A stretch of DNA of 64,000 nucleotides. It comes from Lama guanicoe. Taxonomy: Eukaryota. Shown piece by piece: positions 23,895-36,656 of the stretch. The first letter of the stretch is position 1. The number at the start of each line of letters is the position of its first letter. The position numbers and the translations under genes were made by a program. Under the pieces are notes generated by a model. That model ran no database searches. It had not been told where the DNA came from and saw only the letters and a list, made by a program, of their open reading frames with translations. The stretch is from positions 6,979,367-7,043,366 of the forward strand of contig MU054220.1 in NCBI GenBank assembly GCA_013239625.1, written 5' to 3'.

Positions 23895-24065
23895 CTCACT
23901 CTGTGTCAAGTACTCTTTTATATGCTTTAAATATACTACCTCATTCATCCACTAGAAATTATTAGAAATCCCACTTTTTGGATGAAAGCACTGAGTCACT
24001 GAACGTTCAAGTGACTCCACATGAGTCGCACTGCCAACAAATGACAGTCAGGAGTCATACAGAGC
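23895..24065 (-). mobile_element. MIR
   Basis: cccactttttggatgaaagcactgagtcactgaacgttcaagtgactc. Confidence 0.6.
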
Positions 24066-24199
24066 CTCCCCGACCCCCTCCACCCCAACTCATTCTGCAC
24101 TTGTGACTCTGCTACATTTGTCTCTGGCAATGGAACTTTCTCCAAGTGTTCAGAAGCTACGGGTCTTTGGCGTCTCTAAATTCCCCTATTCTATCTTTC

Positions 24200-24400
24200 C
24201 CTTCAGTATAGGCCGTTTCTTACCATTCTAGTATGATAGTCACTATTTGTGTATATTTTTAGTTGTCTGTCTATATTATAAGCATCTTAAGGACAGGGGC
24301 CTTATGTCATTCATCACTGTGTCTTCCACAGCACCCACCCTAACACAGTTCCGTATGATTGATATGCCCTTCCTAAGTTGTTTTTGACTGCATGGACAAA
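24200..24400 (+). mobile_element. L2 3' end
   Basis: ttataagcatcttaaggacaggggccttatgtcattcatcactgtgtcttccacagcacc. Confidence 0.65.
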
Positions 24401-24449
24401 TCCATGAGATCCTAGTTGGTGTTGTTGGTGTTCATTCTTAGTTGGTAGC

Positions 24450-24665
24450 AATAATAACAACTATGCTCACTGAATGCTCTCTGAGCACAGGGCCCTGTGC
24501 AACTACTTTGCATTAACTCCCCTTAGATTTATGGGATACGTCCCACTAGTGAGCCCATTCATTCTGAGAGAAACTGGGTGTAGCATGTATCTAATATAAA
24601 ATGAGACTATTAGGATTTAAAACCACACCTTTCTGATTCTAATACTGTGTTCTTAAGTACTATGA
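24450..24665 (-). mobile_element. MIR
   Basis: aataataacaactatgctcactgaatgctctctg...gagaaactgggtg...ggatttaaaacc. Confidence 0.5.
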
Positions 24666-25299
24666 CATCCTATCAACTATTATTTATTTTTTACATTATA
24701 AGACTGTTTATTGGAGGTAACACTTGGGGACAATATTTCTGGATGATTGAACATCCTGATTAATAGGATAGTAAAATGTGAATTGCAGAAATCAGAATTT
24801 TAGCATTCTAGTAAAGTCTGAAAACTTGCAGCTTAAAAAATATTTTAAGAATGATCCTAATTCTTGGCATTTGCTTTTTAATATGCCTAGTCTGGAATGT
24901 TCAACCAAAGTTCCACATTTTTTTTAAATTGCTCTACTAAAAATTGGTTGCTTCAGGATGTTAAAACAAACACTTTGAGTCTTTGCTCTAAATTTTAAAA
25001 ATACAATGTATTTTGATTAATAAAGCTTATTTTAGTCAACTGAAGCAGAATTGTAAGCAGACATCTCAAAGATCAGGTTCTGCAATGTCAAGCTGGAACC
25101 TCTTTCTTTAGTGAGGTTTTGGACGATGAGCAACACCGGGTTACTAGAAAGACAACGTATAGAGAAATTCAAGGTTGGGGCCATTCTCCACTGTGTGAAT
25201 TATGTATTGTTTTACTTCTGGCTATTTCAATACAGTGGTTCCTAAATCAGTGGTTTACTTTTACCCTGTTATCTTTACAGAAAATATAACTTCATTAAT

Positions 25300-26150
25300 T
25301 TATTCATTCAACAATTACTCTGCTCAATAAGTATAGTCTCAATTTCCCCTTTCTTTCTTGACCTCTCAACGACAGCTAACATTGCGAGGGTTTCCCTTTT
25401 TTTAAAATTCCTTTTCGTACTTTCTATGGTCCCCCTGACTCCATTTTTATTCTGTCTGACTAATAATCTTTTTCTTTTTTAGTGGAGGTGCTGGGGATTG
25501 AACCCACGATCTTGTGCATGCTGACCACCTGACCACATTTCCGTCTTATTTACTTGCTTATCTCACTCTGCTGTGCCATTTGTGGTTGAAGTTCCCCAAG
25601 TCTCAATCCTAAACCTTCTACATTTCTCACGTTATTTATATTCTCCCTATGCAATTTGACCGTCATCCATAGACAGATAATTTACGAATATGTAATTCTA
25701 GCACTGACTTCTGTTTGTACTGTAGACCTCTATATTGAACTGTCTTCTCAACATCCATTTAGATGGTTCAGTTGCAGTTCATATTTAATTTTTCTAAAGG
25801 CCAACTCGTTATTTTATTTTCCAAAAATTTTGAAACTCATAATTTGAATTCAAAGAGTATGATGCTGCCATCCCTCCATTTGTGCAACCCTAAGATGGGG
25901 GATCAGGACAACTTCCTGCTCTTTGCCTCCCCACATATGGACTCCATCCGCAAACCCTCTTGCTTTAACCCACCAAACATCCCTGTTCTGTCCATATGTT
26001 TCCATTTTTCTCACCACCGCCATCTGATCATATCACCACTCCTGATCAAAATCCTTCAACTCTTTCCTCTTTTTCTTAAAGATAAAGTTATAATGGGTTT
26101 TAAGACTATGCTTTGCCTGCCCCTGCTTTCAATTTCAACTTATATCTTTC
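25300..26150 (+). mobile_element. L2, upstream part (continues at 27985)
   Basis: cttgacctctcaacgacagct...tgaactgtcttctcaacatccatttagatgg...tccatccgcaaaccctcttgc. Confidence 0.65.
25469..25522 (-). mobile_element. Truncated camelid tRNA-derived SINE
   Basis: T-rich tail, then agtggaggtgctggggattgaacccacgatcttgtgcatgct. Confidence 0.8.
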
Positions 26151-27983
26151 TGTAAATTTGTAAGCAAACATGTCAGTCAAGTACAACACATTACAGAAAT
26201 GTGTGCCAACCTTAGGTGTGCAGCTCGATTAATATTCATGAAGTCAATGAACCCACGAAGCAGGTTCCTAGAATGAAGAAACAAAACATTTCTTGTACCT
26301 AGATGTGTCCTTCCTGCACACTTTGGTCACCACTCCACAAGGGGGACGCCTGTCTTGACCTCTGCAAATGCACAGTAGCATAGGAGTGTTGCCTGTCTTC
26401 CCACTTTCTATAAATGGACATTTATGGTGTATAATTTATAAATCTGCTGCCTTTTGTTCAAAATTAACTTGTTCCCACTACACTGAAATAGCTCTTCATC
26501 ATACATAAGTTGATTATGTCCATTGGTTTATTTCTGCCCTAATTCCTCTGTTCCATCAATTGGTCTATTTTATTCTTGCACCAACACCATACATTGTTAT
26601 GTATACTGACACACGATTTATTCTGTTGCCAAGTGAAATTCATTGTACAGATATACCACACTTTTTAAATCCTCTGTGCTGTTGATGGAAATATGGGTTG
26701 TTTGCAGATTTTAACCATTCCAAATAATGCTGCTGTGAGCATTCTTGTATGTGTCTCTTGGTAAATAAACCTATGCCATTCTGTGAGGTTTATGTCTAGA
26801 TAGAGGGCGTGTATATGTCTGCTTTAGCATAGATTTCTGATTTTTTTCCAAAATGCCAGTTTACACTCCCACCAGCATTATTTCAGTGTTTCACTTTCCT
26901 GACACTTGGTATTTTCTGTTCATTTTAACAGTGGCTATGCAGTAATATCAAATTGGGTCTTAATTTGTATTTCCCCAGTGACTAATGAAGTTGAGTGCCT
27001 TTCATTTGTTTATTGACTATTTGGATACCCTCTTTATGTAGTGCCTGCCCAAGCTTTTTGCTCAATTTTTCTATTGTATTTTTGGCAGTTTCAAATGGAT
27101 TTAAGGGTTGTTGCTTTTTTTTTTTTCCATTTATTATGGCTAGGAGTCCTTTGTTGAAAACACATATTGCAGAATCCTTTCCCAGTCTGTGCCTTTCCTC
27201 TTCACTCTCATAATGGTGCATTTTGATGAATAATAATCATTTTTTAAATGTATTCTGATTTAGCCTTTTTTGTGGTTAGTCTTTTCTGTGATCTATTTCT
27301 TAAATCTTTATCTACTCAAAATAGAGTAATAGTCTATTTTTTTTCCTAAAATCTTTATTGTTTTGCCTTTCACAATTAGATCAAAACCCCACCTGGGACT
27401 ATATTTTGTTTTCTATTTTTTTTTCTCTATAAGGCAGGTAATGTGGTTCAAGAAACTTCTTCCATACAACTGACCTGTCATCATTTATCAAAGGACTGTG
27501 CCTTTCCCTACACCACTGAAATACTCCTTTTGTTATGAATCAAGTGATTGTTTATGTGTGAGTCTATTCTGGACTCACTGACCAATTGGTCTAATGGTCT
27601 GTACCTCCACCAATATCACCTTGTTTTAACTTCTATGGCTTTATAATCAATTTTGGTATCTGGCACTACAGCATGTATGGTTTGTTCTATAACTGCTTTG
27701 CATTTGCATTTCCACGGGCATTTTAGAATCAGCTTTCCCATCTCAACATAAATTGCTAAAATTTCCTTTGGGATTTTATTGACTCTATAGAACCACTTGA
27801 AGAGGATGTATATCCTACAATGCCGAATCTTCTAGTACATAAAAAATATCCCTCCATCCATTTAGGTGTACCTTGATTTATCTCAATTATTTTTTTTAGT
27901 TTTCAGTCTAGAGGTTTTTCACATCTTCCATTCGATTCATTTCTAGGCATTAGGGTTTTTTATGCTTCTTAAAAAATAGAATT
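26150..27983 (-). mobile_element. Old L1 (L1ME-like), about 1.8 kb, inserted in L2
   Basis: acagaaatgtgtgccaaccttaggtgtgcagctcgat 3' end; aaataatgctgctgtgagcattcttgta; cattttagaatcagcttt. Confidence 0.8.
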
Positions 27984-27984
27984 G

Positions 27985-28465
27985 TGGATTTGCTGCTGTC
28001 CAGCCCCTTTCTTGATCTTAATTTCTCTCTCTGTTCAACACACACTGGCTTTTTTCCATTCCCTCAAGTTTTTCTCCTTCAACAGGCCTTTGTCTTCTGC
28101 CATGCCTCTTCTTGCAATAATTTCCTTCTGAATTTCCCTCTTCACACAACTAACCCCTATGCACTCTTTACATTTCAGCTCAATTTCATGTCCTCAGGGA
28201 CGCCTTCCTCGACCTACCTTAGATATGACCTCCCTATTTAATCGACTATGGCAATTCCTAACTTTTCTCTCACATTACTTCTCACAGTTGAAAGTTTCTG
28301 TGTGTCTTTGTAATCATTTGATTTATGCTTAGTAGGTTCCATAAGGGCAGGACCACATCTGTTTCTTTTCACCCTACTATCTGCAGGGCCAAGGAAAACA
28401 ACTGGTCCACAGTAGGATTCAAATAAAGGTTTTTTTTTTCGGTGAATGAATGAATGAATGGATGG
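27985..28465 (+). mobile_element. L2 3' part ending in (TGAA)n
   Basis: catttcagctcaatttcatgtcctcagggacgccttcctcgacc...aggttccataagggcaggaccac...tgaatgaatgaatgaatg. Confidence 0.75.
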
Positions 28466-28570
28466 ATTGAGCTTCAACTTTGTTCCAGGCACTTTGCAAG
28501 GATCTGGGAATACAGAAGTGAACCAAACATAATTATCCTTGCTCTCTTTGTTTTCAAAAGCTTCCCTCAC
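28466..28570 (-). mobile_element. L2 3' end, tail-to-tail with the preceding L2
   Basis: attgagcttcaactttgttccaggcactttgcaaggatctgggaatacagaagtgaac. Confidence 0.65.
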
Positions 28571-28869
28571 CATTAAAAAATACAAAATATCATCACAGTC
28601 TACACTAATAATACCCAACTTCCTGATCTCTGAATTTATGTTTTCTTCTCTAATCTCCCAAACTTTACCATATACTTTATAATAACAATTTTAATAGTTA
28701 TTCATAGTAGGGATTTCACACTAAAGCTTTAAGAAAATGAAGAGACATTTATATATATATATACACACACAGATATATATTCAGTAAGAAGGTAAGAGAG
28801 ACTCTCTTAGCTCTTGGCTGATGATCACAATTTTAATTGTAATTTCATAACATTCAATAAGCTTGTGTA

Positions 28870-28990
28870 GAAAAATAACTCCATTGTCATCTAGTCTGGC
28901 TCTCTCTATTGTGGGAATCTTCTCCACAGAGTACCTGATATAAAATCATCAAGACTCAGCTTGAACATTTGAAGTGGCAGGAATTATTTT
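28870..28990. mobile_element. Possible L3/CR1 fragment
   Basis: gtcatctagtc...catcaagactcagcttgaacatttgaagtggcagg resembles the CR1 3' region. Confidence 0.3.
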
Positions 28991-29649
28991 TTTCTGGTCC
29001 TGTGTGACATTGATATTGCACCAATAAAGATTTGCAGGAAACTTAGCATCAGCAGCAGTGAGACTGGGATAACAAGGCAAGAATAGGAAAAAGCCTTACT
29101 TCAGTGTTACTTGTTAGGGATTTTGAGAGTGATAATTAATCACATCCCTTCCCATCTGGATTCTGAATCAAGCAAGAAACAGAAAGTGCCATTAGGTAGT
29201 GATCAAAATATCAGCTTTATTGCTATTAAAGCTAGATTGGAATCCACTGTTTTGTATACAGTGAAAAATGGGGCTTATTTCTACTTCCCCCAAATCAAGA
29301 CCCACCTGAAGGGGAAACATGAATATCAGAAACTGATTCTCTAGTTTGGCGGGCACTTAATGCACAGATAAAGGGAAAACACATGTGTATGTGGATTTTA
29401 AGTTATTGATTCCAGCCCAGCAAGAATGGGTGTTAGATATGCACTGATTCATCAGTCAGATAAATCAGCCTTCTTCCCAAAGGGAGGAATAAAAGGCAAG
29501 GAAAAGGAGACCCCAGGGCAGTGTTAACCCCCTTTTTATCTGAGTAAAATGCATTTCCTTTCAAGGAAATGCAAGAATATATGAACAGTGTTCTACTTAC
29601 TATATTTTACATGTCTATGGTGTAACTATCAGCATATATTAAAAGCTGT

Positions 29650-30627
29650 CATAAACCACAAAATGGGGGGGGGTATTTGCAAATAATAAATCTGTTAAGT
29701 GACTGATATTCAGAACATATAAAGAAGTCCTACAATTCAACAACAACAACAAAAATGAACAAACTGATTTAAAAATGGGCAAAGAACCTGAGCAGACATT
29801 TCTCCAGAGGAAACAAACGAGTGACCAGAAAGTGCACAAAAAGATACTCAACACCATTCATCATTAGGGAAATGCAAATCAAAACCATAATAAGTTATCA
29901 ATTCATATGCATTGGAATGGCTATTATAAAAAAAAACAGAAAATAACCAATGTTGATAAGGATATGCAAGAATCAGAACCCTTGTGTATTGCTGGTAAGA
30001 ATGCAAAGTGGTGCAGCCACTGTGAGAGTCATTTTAATGATTTCTCAAAAATTTAAACATAGAATTACCATATGGTCCAGCAATCTTACCTTTAAGTATA
30101 CACACAAAATAACTGAAAGCGGGGTTTTGAGGACATATTTGTGTACTTACACTCATAACAGCACTGTGCACAACAGCCAAAAAGTGGAAGCAACCCATGT
30201 TCCATCTGCAGATGAATAAACAATGCAGTATTTACATACAATAGAATACCACACAGCCTTTAAAAGGAAGGAATTTTTGACACAGGCTACAACACGAATG
30301 AACCTTGAAGACATTATTCAGAGTGTAATAAGCTAGTCACAAAAGGAAAACAGTGATTCTTCTTATATGGGGTTCACAGAGTAATCAAATTCACAGAGAC
30401 AGATAATGGAATAGTGATTGTCAAGGGCTGAGGACAGTGGGAATAGAGAGTTTGTGTTTAATGGGTACAGAGTTTCAGCTGAGGAAGATAAAAAATTCTG
30501 GAGATGGATAGTGATGATGTTTGGACAATAATGTGAATGTACTTTATGCCACAGAACTACACACACTTGAAAATGGTTAAAATGGTACATTTCACATTAT
30601 GCATATTTTCCCACAATAAAAATAAAA
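29650..30627 (+). mobile_element. L1 (L1MB-like) ORF2 end plus 3' UTR
   Basis: aaaaatgggcaaagaacctgagcagacatttctcc...gggaaatgcaaatcaaaacca...aaatggttaaaatggta...cacaataaaa; candidate TSD taaaagctgt / taaaagcagt. Confidence 0.9.
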
Positions 30628-31425
30628 GCAGTGAGAGAGACTGTAGCATTGTCTCCGTAATTAAATACTCTCAAAGATTAAAAACTAACAAACCAATTAT
30701 AAGGAAAACTGATGTTTACTGTACAGCTATATTTCTATAGAGGTTAATTTGGGAAATGCTTATTTTGTGAACATACACTAATAACATGTATATAAGTGGC
30801 AAGCCTCCATGTGACGTGAAATATGTAATTGAACTGAACAAAATTGTATATATTTATGAACAATTGTTAAAGTGAGACCTCTGTGTATCCACTAGGAACA
30901 GCTAAAATCTTGCCTTCCTTTCACTTCATCAATACTTATTTATTGAGCTCTTCCTCTGTGTCAGGAATTGTGCGAGGCTGTGGTTATTCAGTGGGAAGCA
31001 AGCTAAGCATAAAATCCATTTCCCTAAAGCGTCTGTTCTCATGAGGAAGACACAGAGCAACAAAGATAAGAGATACGTAAATTATTTTTTCACGTTGTAA
31101 TGAGAATCATATAATTAATAAATAAGAAGTTAAGCTAGATGCCAACAAAGGGAGATCCACTTTGGGTAGGGCAGTCAAGGAGGTCTTCTCTGCAGAGGTA
31201 GATTTTAAGCGAAAATGTAAATGATGAAAATAAACTACCCACACAATCAACAGAGAGAATATCCCACGCACAGAAGAAAGCCTGTGTAAAGGCTCGGAAG
31301 TGATAAAGAGCTTGGCCTGGTCAGGAGTCTGAAAAGCAATGTGGCTAGAAAGTGGTGAGCCACATGCATGTGAAGTGGTGAACAGGGGATTGTGTGAGTC
31401 TGAGGAGCTTAGCAGCAGCTGGTAC

Positions 31426-31597
31426 CAGCATTTTCCCCTACGACTTTCTGCCTTGATGGTGGCCACTAGCCACCTGGGGCTACTGAGTATCTGAAATGTG
31501 GCTAGAAAAGCTGAATGACTTAATTTTTAAATTTTATTTAATTTCAGTTGAATTAGATTTGAATTTAAGCTAAGGATCATTGTACTGAACAGTACAG
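31426..31597. mobile_element. MER3-like hAT-Charlie element
   Basis: gtggccactagccacctggggctactgagtatctgaaatgtggctag...aatttttaaattttatttaattt. Confidence 0.8.
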
Positions 31598-31693
31598 GGG
31601 TCTTTAATGCAGGACCACCCAGACAAGTTATGAAAGCAATGGAGAAAGTAATGGAGAGCCATTGAAGTAAGGGAGTGATGAGAGCCAATGCAT

Positions 31694-32303
31694 TTTTTTT
31701 AAAATGGAAGTATGGTCAGTTACAATGTGTCAATTTCTGGTGTACAGCATAATGTTTCAGTCATACATTTACATATGTATATTCATTTTCATATTCTTTT
31801 TCATTATAGGTTGCTACAAGATATTGAATATAGTTCCCTGTGCTATAGAAGAAATTTGGTTTTTATCTATTTTATATATAGTAGTTAATATTTGCAAATC
31901 TCAAACTCCCAATTTATCCCTTCCCACCCCCTTTTCCCCTGGTAACCATAAATCTGTTTACTATGTCTGTGAGTCTGTTTCTGTTTTGTAGATAAGTCCA
32001 TTAGTGTCTTCTTTTTTCTTTTTTTTTAGATTCCATATATGAGTGATATCATATAGCATTTTTTCTTTCTCTTTCTGGCTTTCTTCTCTTAGAATGACAA
32101 TCTCCAGATCCATCCATGATACTGGAAATGGCATTATTTTATTCTTTTTTATGGCTGAGTAGTATTCCATTGTATAAATACACCACAGCTTCTTCATCCA
32201 GTCCTCTGTCAGTGGACATTTAGGTTGCTTCCATTACTTGGCTATTGTATATTGTGCTACTATGAACATTGGGGTACATGTATCTTTTCAAATTAGAATT
32301 CCC
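31694..32303 (-). mobile_element. Young 5'-truncated L1 with 14-bp TSD
   Basis: ORF KKLWCIYTMEYYSAIKKNKIMPF; exact TSD gagagccaatgcat at 31680-31693 and 32309-32322. Confidence 0.95.
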
Positions 32304-34289
32304 TGTGGGAGAGCCAATGCATATCATAAGAAAAGGGCTGTTGCTGCTTTCTGGATCAAATACATTAAAGGAGAGTAAGAGTTGGAATGGAGCAAAAAGT
32401 TAAGAGATAACCACAGAATTCCATGGAAGAGGTTATATGACTTGGACCACAGGGATATTAGTGGAAATGGAGAAAAGAGGTGGCATTTGAGATGTTTCTG
32501 TGATATGAGGACTAATATAATTAATAGCATTTGCTAATGGACTAGATGAAGGTGAAGGAAAGAACAAAGTTGGACTCTGTTTTGAGTAACTGGGTACAGA
32601 GTGGTGGGTACAGATCAGTTTGAGAGATCTGAAGGACATGCACGTGAAGATGATATTAGGCATTTGAATATTGGAGTCTGGAGAAAGGTCAGAGCTGAAT
32701 ATAAATGTGGGAGGCGTCCATGTAGAGTTGGTATTAAACAGATGACAACTGACAAGTGCATTTAAGGACAGAGTGAAGAGCAACAGGAGAGCTCGGAACC
32801 AAGCCCTACTTGACCAGGACCTCGAGAGTCAGGCTTGAGATGTAGGGTTCGATTAAACCACTTCTTGAGAATTTGCGTATCACTATAGAGTGTAAGGTTG
32901 ACCTTCCATTTCGATGTTCTCTCTCTTCATTTGAGGTATGCTGGGCTTCAACTTTGCAAACTGATGTGGAGTATGATTAATCCATGTTATTTTGTGTGAA
33001 GTCATAAATGCCATTAATACTTCTGAACACCACATCGGAAGGAGAATTCTTCTAGTAAAACCAACTATTGCATTTCAACTCTTTTAAGTATCATTGATAA
33101 CCATATTTAAGAAAAATGTCAGCGCTTGGAGATTTTTTTTTTCTCTAGGCAATATAAATAACTTTAGGGTCGGGAGGACAATGATAGTTGAGTAGAGTAA
33201 GGGAAGATCTGGGAGTTAACAACATGGTTTCAGCTATTCTTGGCAGATATAGAACATGAGAGGAATTGCAAACCTATGTCCCTGTCACCTGCTTCTTTGT
33301 CTACAGATGGGACATTTTCCTGATGCACTGTTTCTCATATGTTTCTTCCTGCATTCCCCCCTCCCCACTGGGTCATTCAATAGAGTCAACGAGAAAGGAA
33401 TCTTCTGTAGATAACATTTGCTATCTACCTACCCCAAAAAAGAAAAAAATCCTAACTTGGAAAAGCTAATGCCAGCATGCAATTCAAAATTTGGACCTAG
33501 GAAATAAGACAATTTGTGGACCTAGAGAAGAATCCAGCTAGTACTCACCTTTGCCAACACCCTGCTTGAGCATCCTAAGTGGTTATTTATCCAGGCTTAG
33601 CTTACTCAGAATGAAAACAGCCTCAGTTCATTTTGAATAAAGCAATAAGCACTTCATTTTCACTGTGGATGTCACTGCACTGTTCTCTTCTTCTTGTTGA
33701 AACAATCCAACTTCTCAGCTTTAATTGTAGGATTTTTGAGTGTGATGAGTGTCATTTCCTGGATGACGTAGGTCATGTGTATAGACCAAGAACCCTGATT
33801 ATAAGCAAGCACTGTTTTGGTCTTGTTTTTGATGGTAATGTTTACCATCTGTTTGCCCTGCTATGACAATACTATCCTGATTTCAAACCGAAGTTCTGAA
33901 GGCACTTCTGAAAGAGAAACACTGCATGTCAACACATCCCATCATTTTCTTCTCCGTGCCCAAAGCCATTCCTAAGAATTTAGTTTTCTGTGGAAATATT
34001 CCAAATGAAATTCTCTTCAGAAGTCTATCCATTTTAATAAATCACAGAACTTGGAAAGGTTTGTTGAAATACAAACTGCCTGATGAGGTGGGATAATTAT
34101 CAATTCATCAGAAATTTGGAATAAATGAAGTTCCAAATGAAGACGACAGCTTGTGGTCTGCAGTATTCCTTTGGAAACTCTAAATGGAGATCATGTGGGC
34201 AAAATGAAGGAAGAAGATAATACAGTAATCGGCTTTGTGTCTTTAGGGACGAAGATTTGACAGAGCCCAGAACATTGTTTCAACGAACT

Positions 34290-34490
34290 ATCTTAAGTGT
34301 ATCTATAGTTCTTTAGCATTTTTACATATTTTTACATCATTCTTCCTTAAACCTTAAAACAGCACAATGGGATAGGAGTTTATGTCTGGTTTACAGGTAA
34401 GGAAACCGAGGACTCCTTGAGGAGTTATGGGTCTTATAAATGGATGATCTTAGATTGAACCCTAGGGTGGACATTTTGTCTAGTGATTTT
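34290..34490 (-). mobile_element. MIR
   Basis: tttacaggtaaggaaaccgagg...ttagattgaaccctagg. Confidence 0.6.
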
Positions 34491-34859
34491 TTTCCCAACA
34501 TTTTGCAGCTTCTTTCTATGTTTCCTAGTACTAAGGGTGACTTCTGGCTTTATAAGGCTTCTCTGAACTCTAGGCAGATATGTTTGTCTGTGTCTGGTTT
34601 CCTGATTTGGTTTATGAAGAACGTTAATTCATAAACAAAATCGGGAGCCTCAGTGGCTTCCTGGCCAATCAGATGGACTATGCCCCAAGGTATCAGACCA
34701 AACATTTTTTAAAAACCAAACTATTTCCCAAATGTAAATCGTTTTTTCCAAAAGGAGCCCTGTAAAACAACATAGCTGGTTATATCCTCCATCACCACAA
34801 AAAGCAATGTACCGTTTGGGGAAGCCCATTTTGGTGGTGTGCCATGCCTATCAAACCAG

Positions 34860-35645
34860 AGATGTCCAAAAGGAGTTCTTACTTCATTCCTGCTCTTCCT
34901 GTTTGTTTCTCTGCTGTTCAGTTAACATTTCAGCAAGTGCAGCCCCATTCTTTCCATACAAAGACAGCATCTTTGATCTCTCTTTCTCCAAATCACACAA
35001 TCCTGATCGTTTTGCGAGTAAAACTTTGTTCTGCTCTAGAATCCCTCCCCACTCTCACCACCCTCATTCACATCATCATCACCTTCTCTCAGCTGGACAG
35101 CTCCAGCAGCCTCCCTACAGCTTCCTCTTTCCACAGACCCCACGTGCCACCGTGATAGTAAAAAGGATTCCGGGGAAGGTGCCCACCTCTCCAGATTAAC
35201 CTAAGAGCATTCTCTGTCTTGCTCACAAGTCTTAAGCCATTCTGGTCTCTGGTGTTTCTCTAACTTCTCCCATGTAGCTGAGACGCTCACTTCCATGGCT
35301 TTGCATGGCTTACTCTTTCGACTCCCTCAGGAATCAGCATGCATGCATCTTTTCAGAAGAGGCTTTTTTTTTTGCCTACTCCAACCTAAATAGTGTCCCT
35401 CAATTCTTCACTAGCTCATCACCCTGTTTCCTGCAAATGCTTTTACTACAATGGGAAAAAATAATCCCACTCATGCATTTGTTTACTTCTATAATTTTCT
35501 GCTTCTTCTACTGTGCTGTGCATTTCATGAGGGCAATGGGCATATATGTCCTTTCATTGTTTCTGCCCCAGTATTTGGCATATAATATATAATCAATACT
35601 TATTGGATGAGTGGGTGAATGAATGAATGAAATGAATAAGTGAGT
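34860..35645 (+). mobile_element. L2
   Basis: ctctagaatccctcccactctcaccaccctc...cagcagcctcc...catcttttcagaagaggctt...gaatgaatgaatgaaatgaat. Confidence 0.7.
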
Positions 35646-36492
35646 GAGTAAACATGTATAGCAACTCTCTAAAACATCATAATCTTCAAAAAAAGAGCTG
35701 ACTGCTAAAAGCCCAGCCTCCAAGCTGACTCTTCCTTATCACTCGCTCTTCATTAAGAATATATTAAATGACTCATCATCTTTACTATTATATTATCATG
35801 CTTCTTGTCTAATGGACCTTTTTTTTCTAAATTAAATTACATGTGCAGTGCAAGCTATGCAGATATTTTGTCAATTTTTCCTGTCTGAGTTGCTTTTTAT
35901 CAGAGCTAGCATGATTAGTTTTGGACATTGATTGCTCCTTTTGTCCCCATAAGTGAACTAAAGTTTTATTATTTTCCACGCGGGGGAAATGTACATTTTC
36001 TGCACTCTACAAATGGTCATAGACTTTGCTAATGTTGGTTGTCTCCTTGTCTCTCCTGCTTATGCATGTGTCTTTATAGAAACAGTGGATTTGGCTTGAA
36101 TATTTCTGCCTTTAAACAGCAAATTATCTTCATATCAATGGGTGTTATAAAAATGCCAATAACTCCTATTCCTGGTTTGAGTGTATACCATCAATATACA
36201 CTGAATGCACAAGAAAAGCAGCCGATAATAAAGCAAAGCATCTAGAGCCACTACAAGATAAATATGATATTAATTTGAAGAAGGGTACAAAGAGAGGGGA
36301 GAGTTATAATAAGCTGAACATTTATGTCTTAGGTGCACCGCACAAATACCACCTAATCCTAGCAACAGCCCTGCTGGAAGGAAAACACTGTGTCCTCCAA
36401 AAGATAAAGTGTACTACATTTCAGTGATGCTTATGTCTAGAGTCCATAAATTAGTAAAGCCCTTAACTGAGATTTAATCTAAAATTAGTCTG

Positions 36493-36656
36493 GAAGGGTG
36501 GGTGTGGCTCAGTGGTGAAGCAGGGGCTTAGCACACACAAGGTCCTGGGTTCAATCCCCAGTTCCTCCATTTAAAAAAATAGTAATAATAAATACATAAT
36601 AAGTAGGCATATTTATTTAAAAAATCCCGACCAATCTAACTCTATAAAAAATAAAA
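36493..36656 (+). mobile_element. Camelid tRNA-derived SINE with 13-bp TSD
   Basis: gggtgtggctcagtggtg...ggtcctgggttcaatccccagttcctccatttaaaa; TSD taaaattagtctg (36480-36492) / taaaatcagtctg (36657-36669). Confidence 0.85.

Larger units (their letters stand above)
30925..32800 (-). mobile_element. L2 interrupted by MER3 and L1
   Basis: atttattgagctcttcctctgtgtcagg 3' end; gggcagtcaaggaggtcttctctgcagagg; ggagtctggagaaaggtcagagctgaatataaatgtgggaggcgtc. Confidence 0.8.

Noticed and set aside
34807..35199. 130-aa ORF with a His-rich motif
   Set aside because: Lies in degenerate L2 sequence; no recognisable domain.
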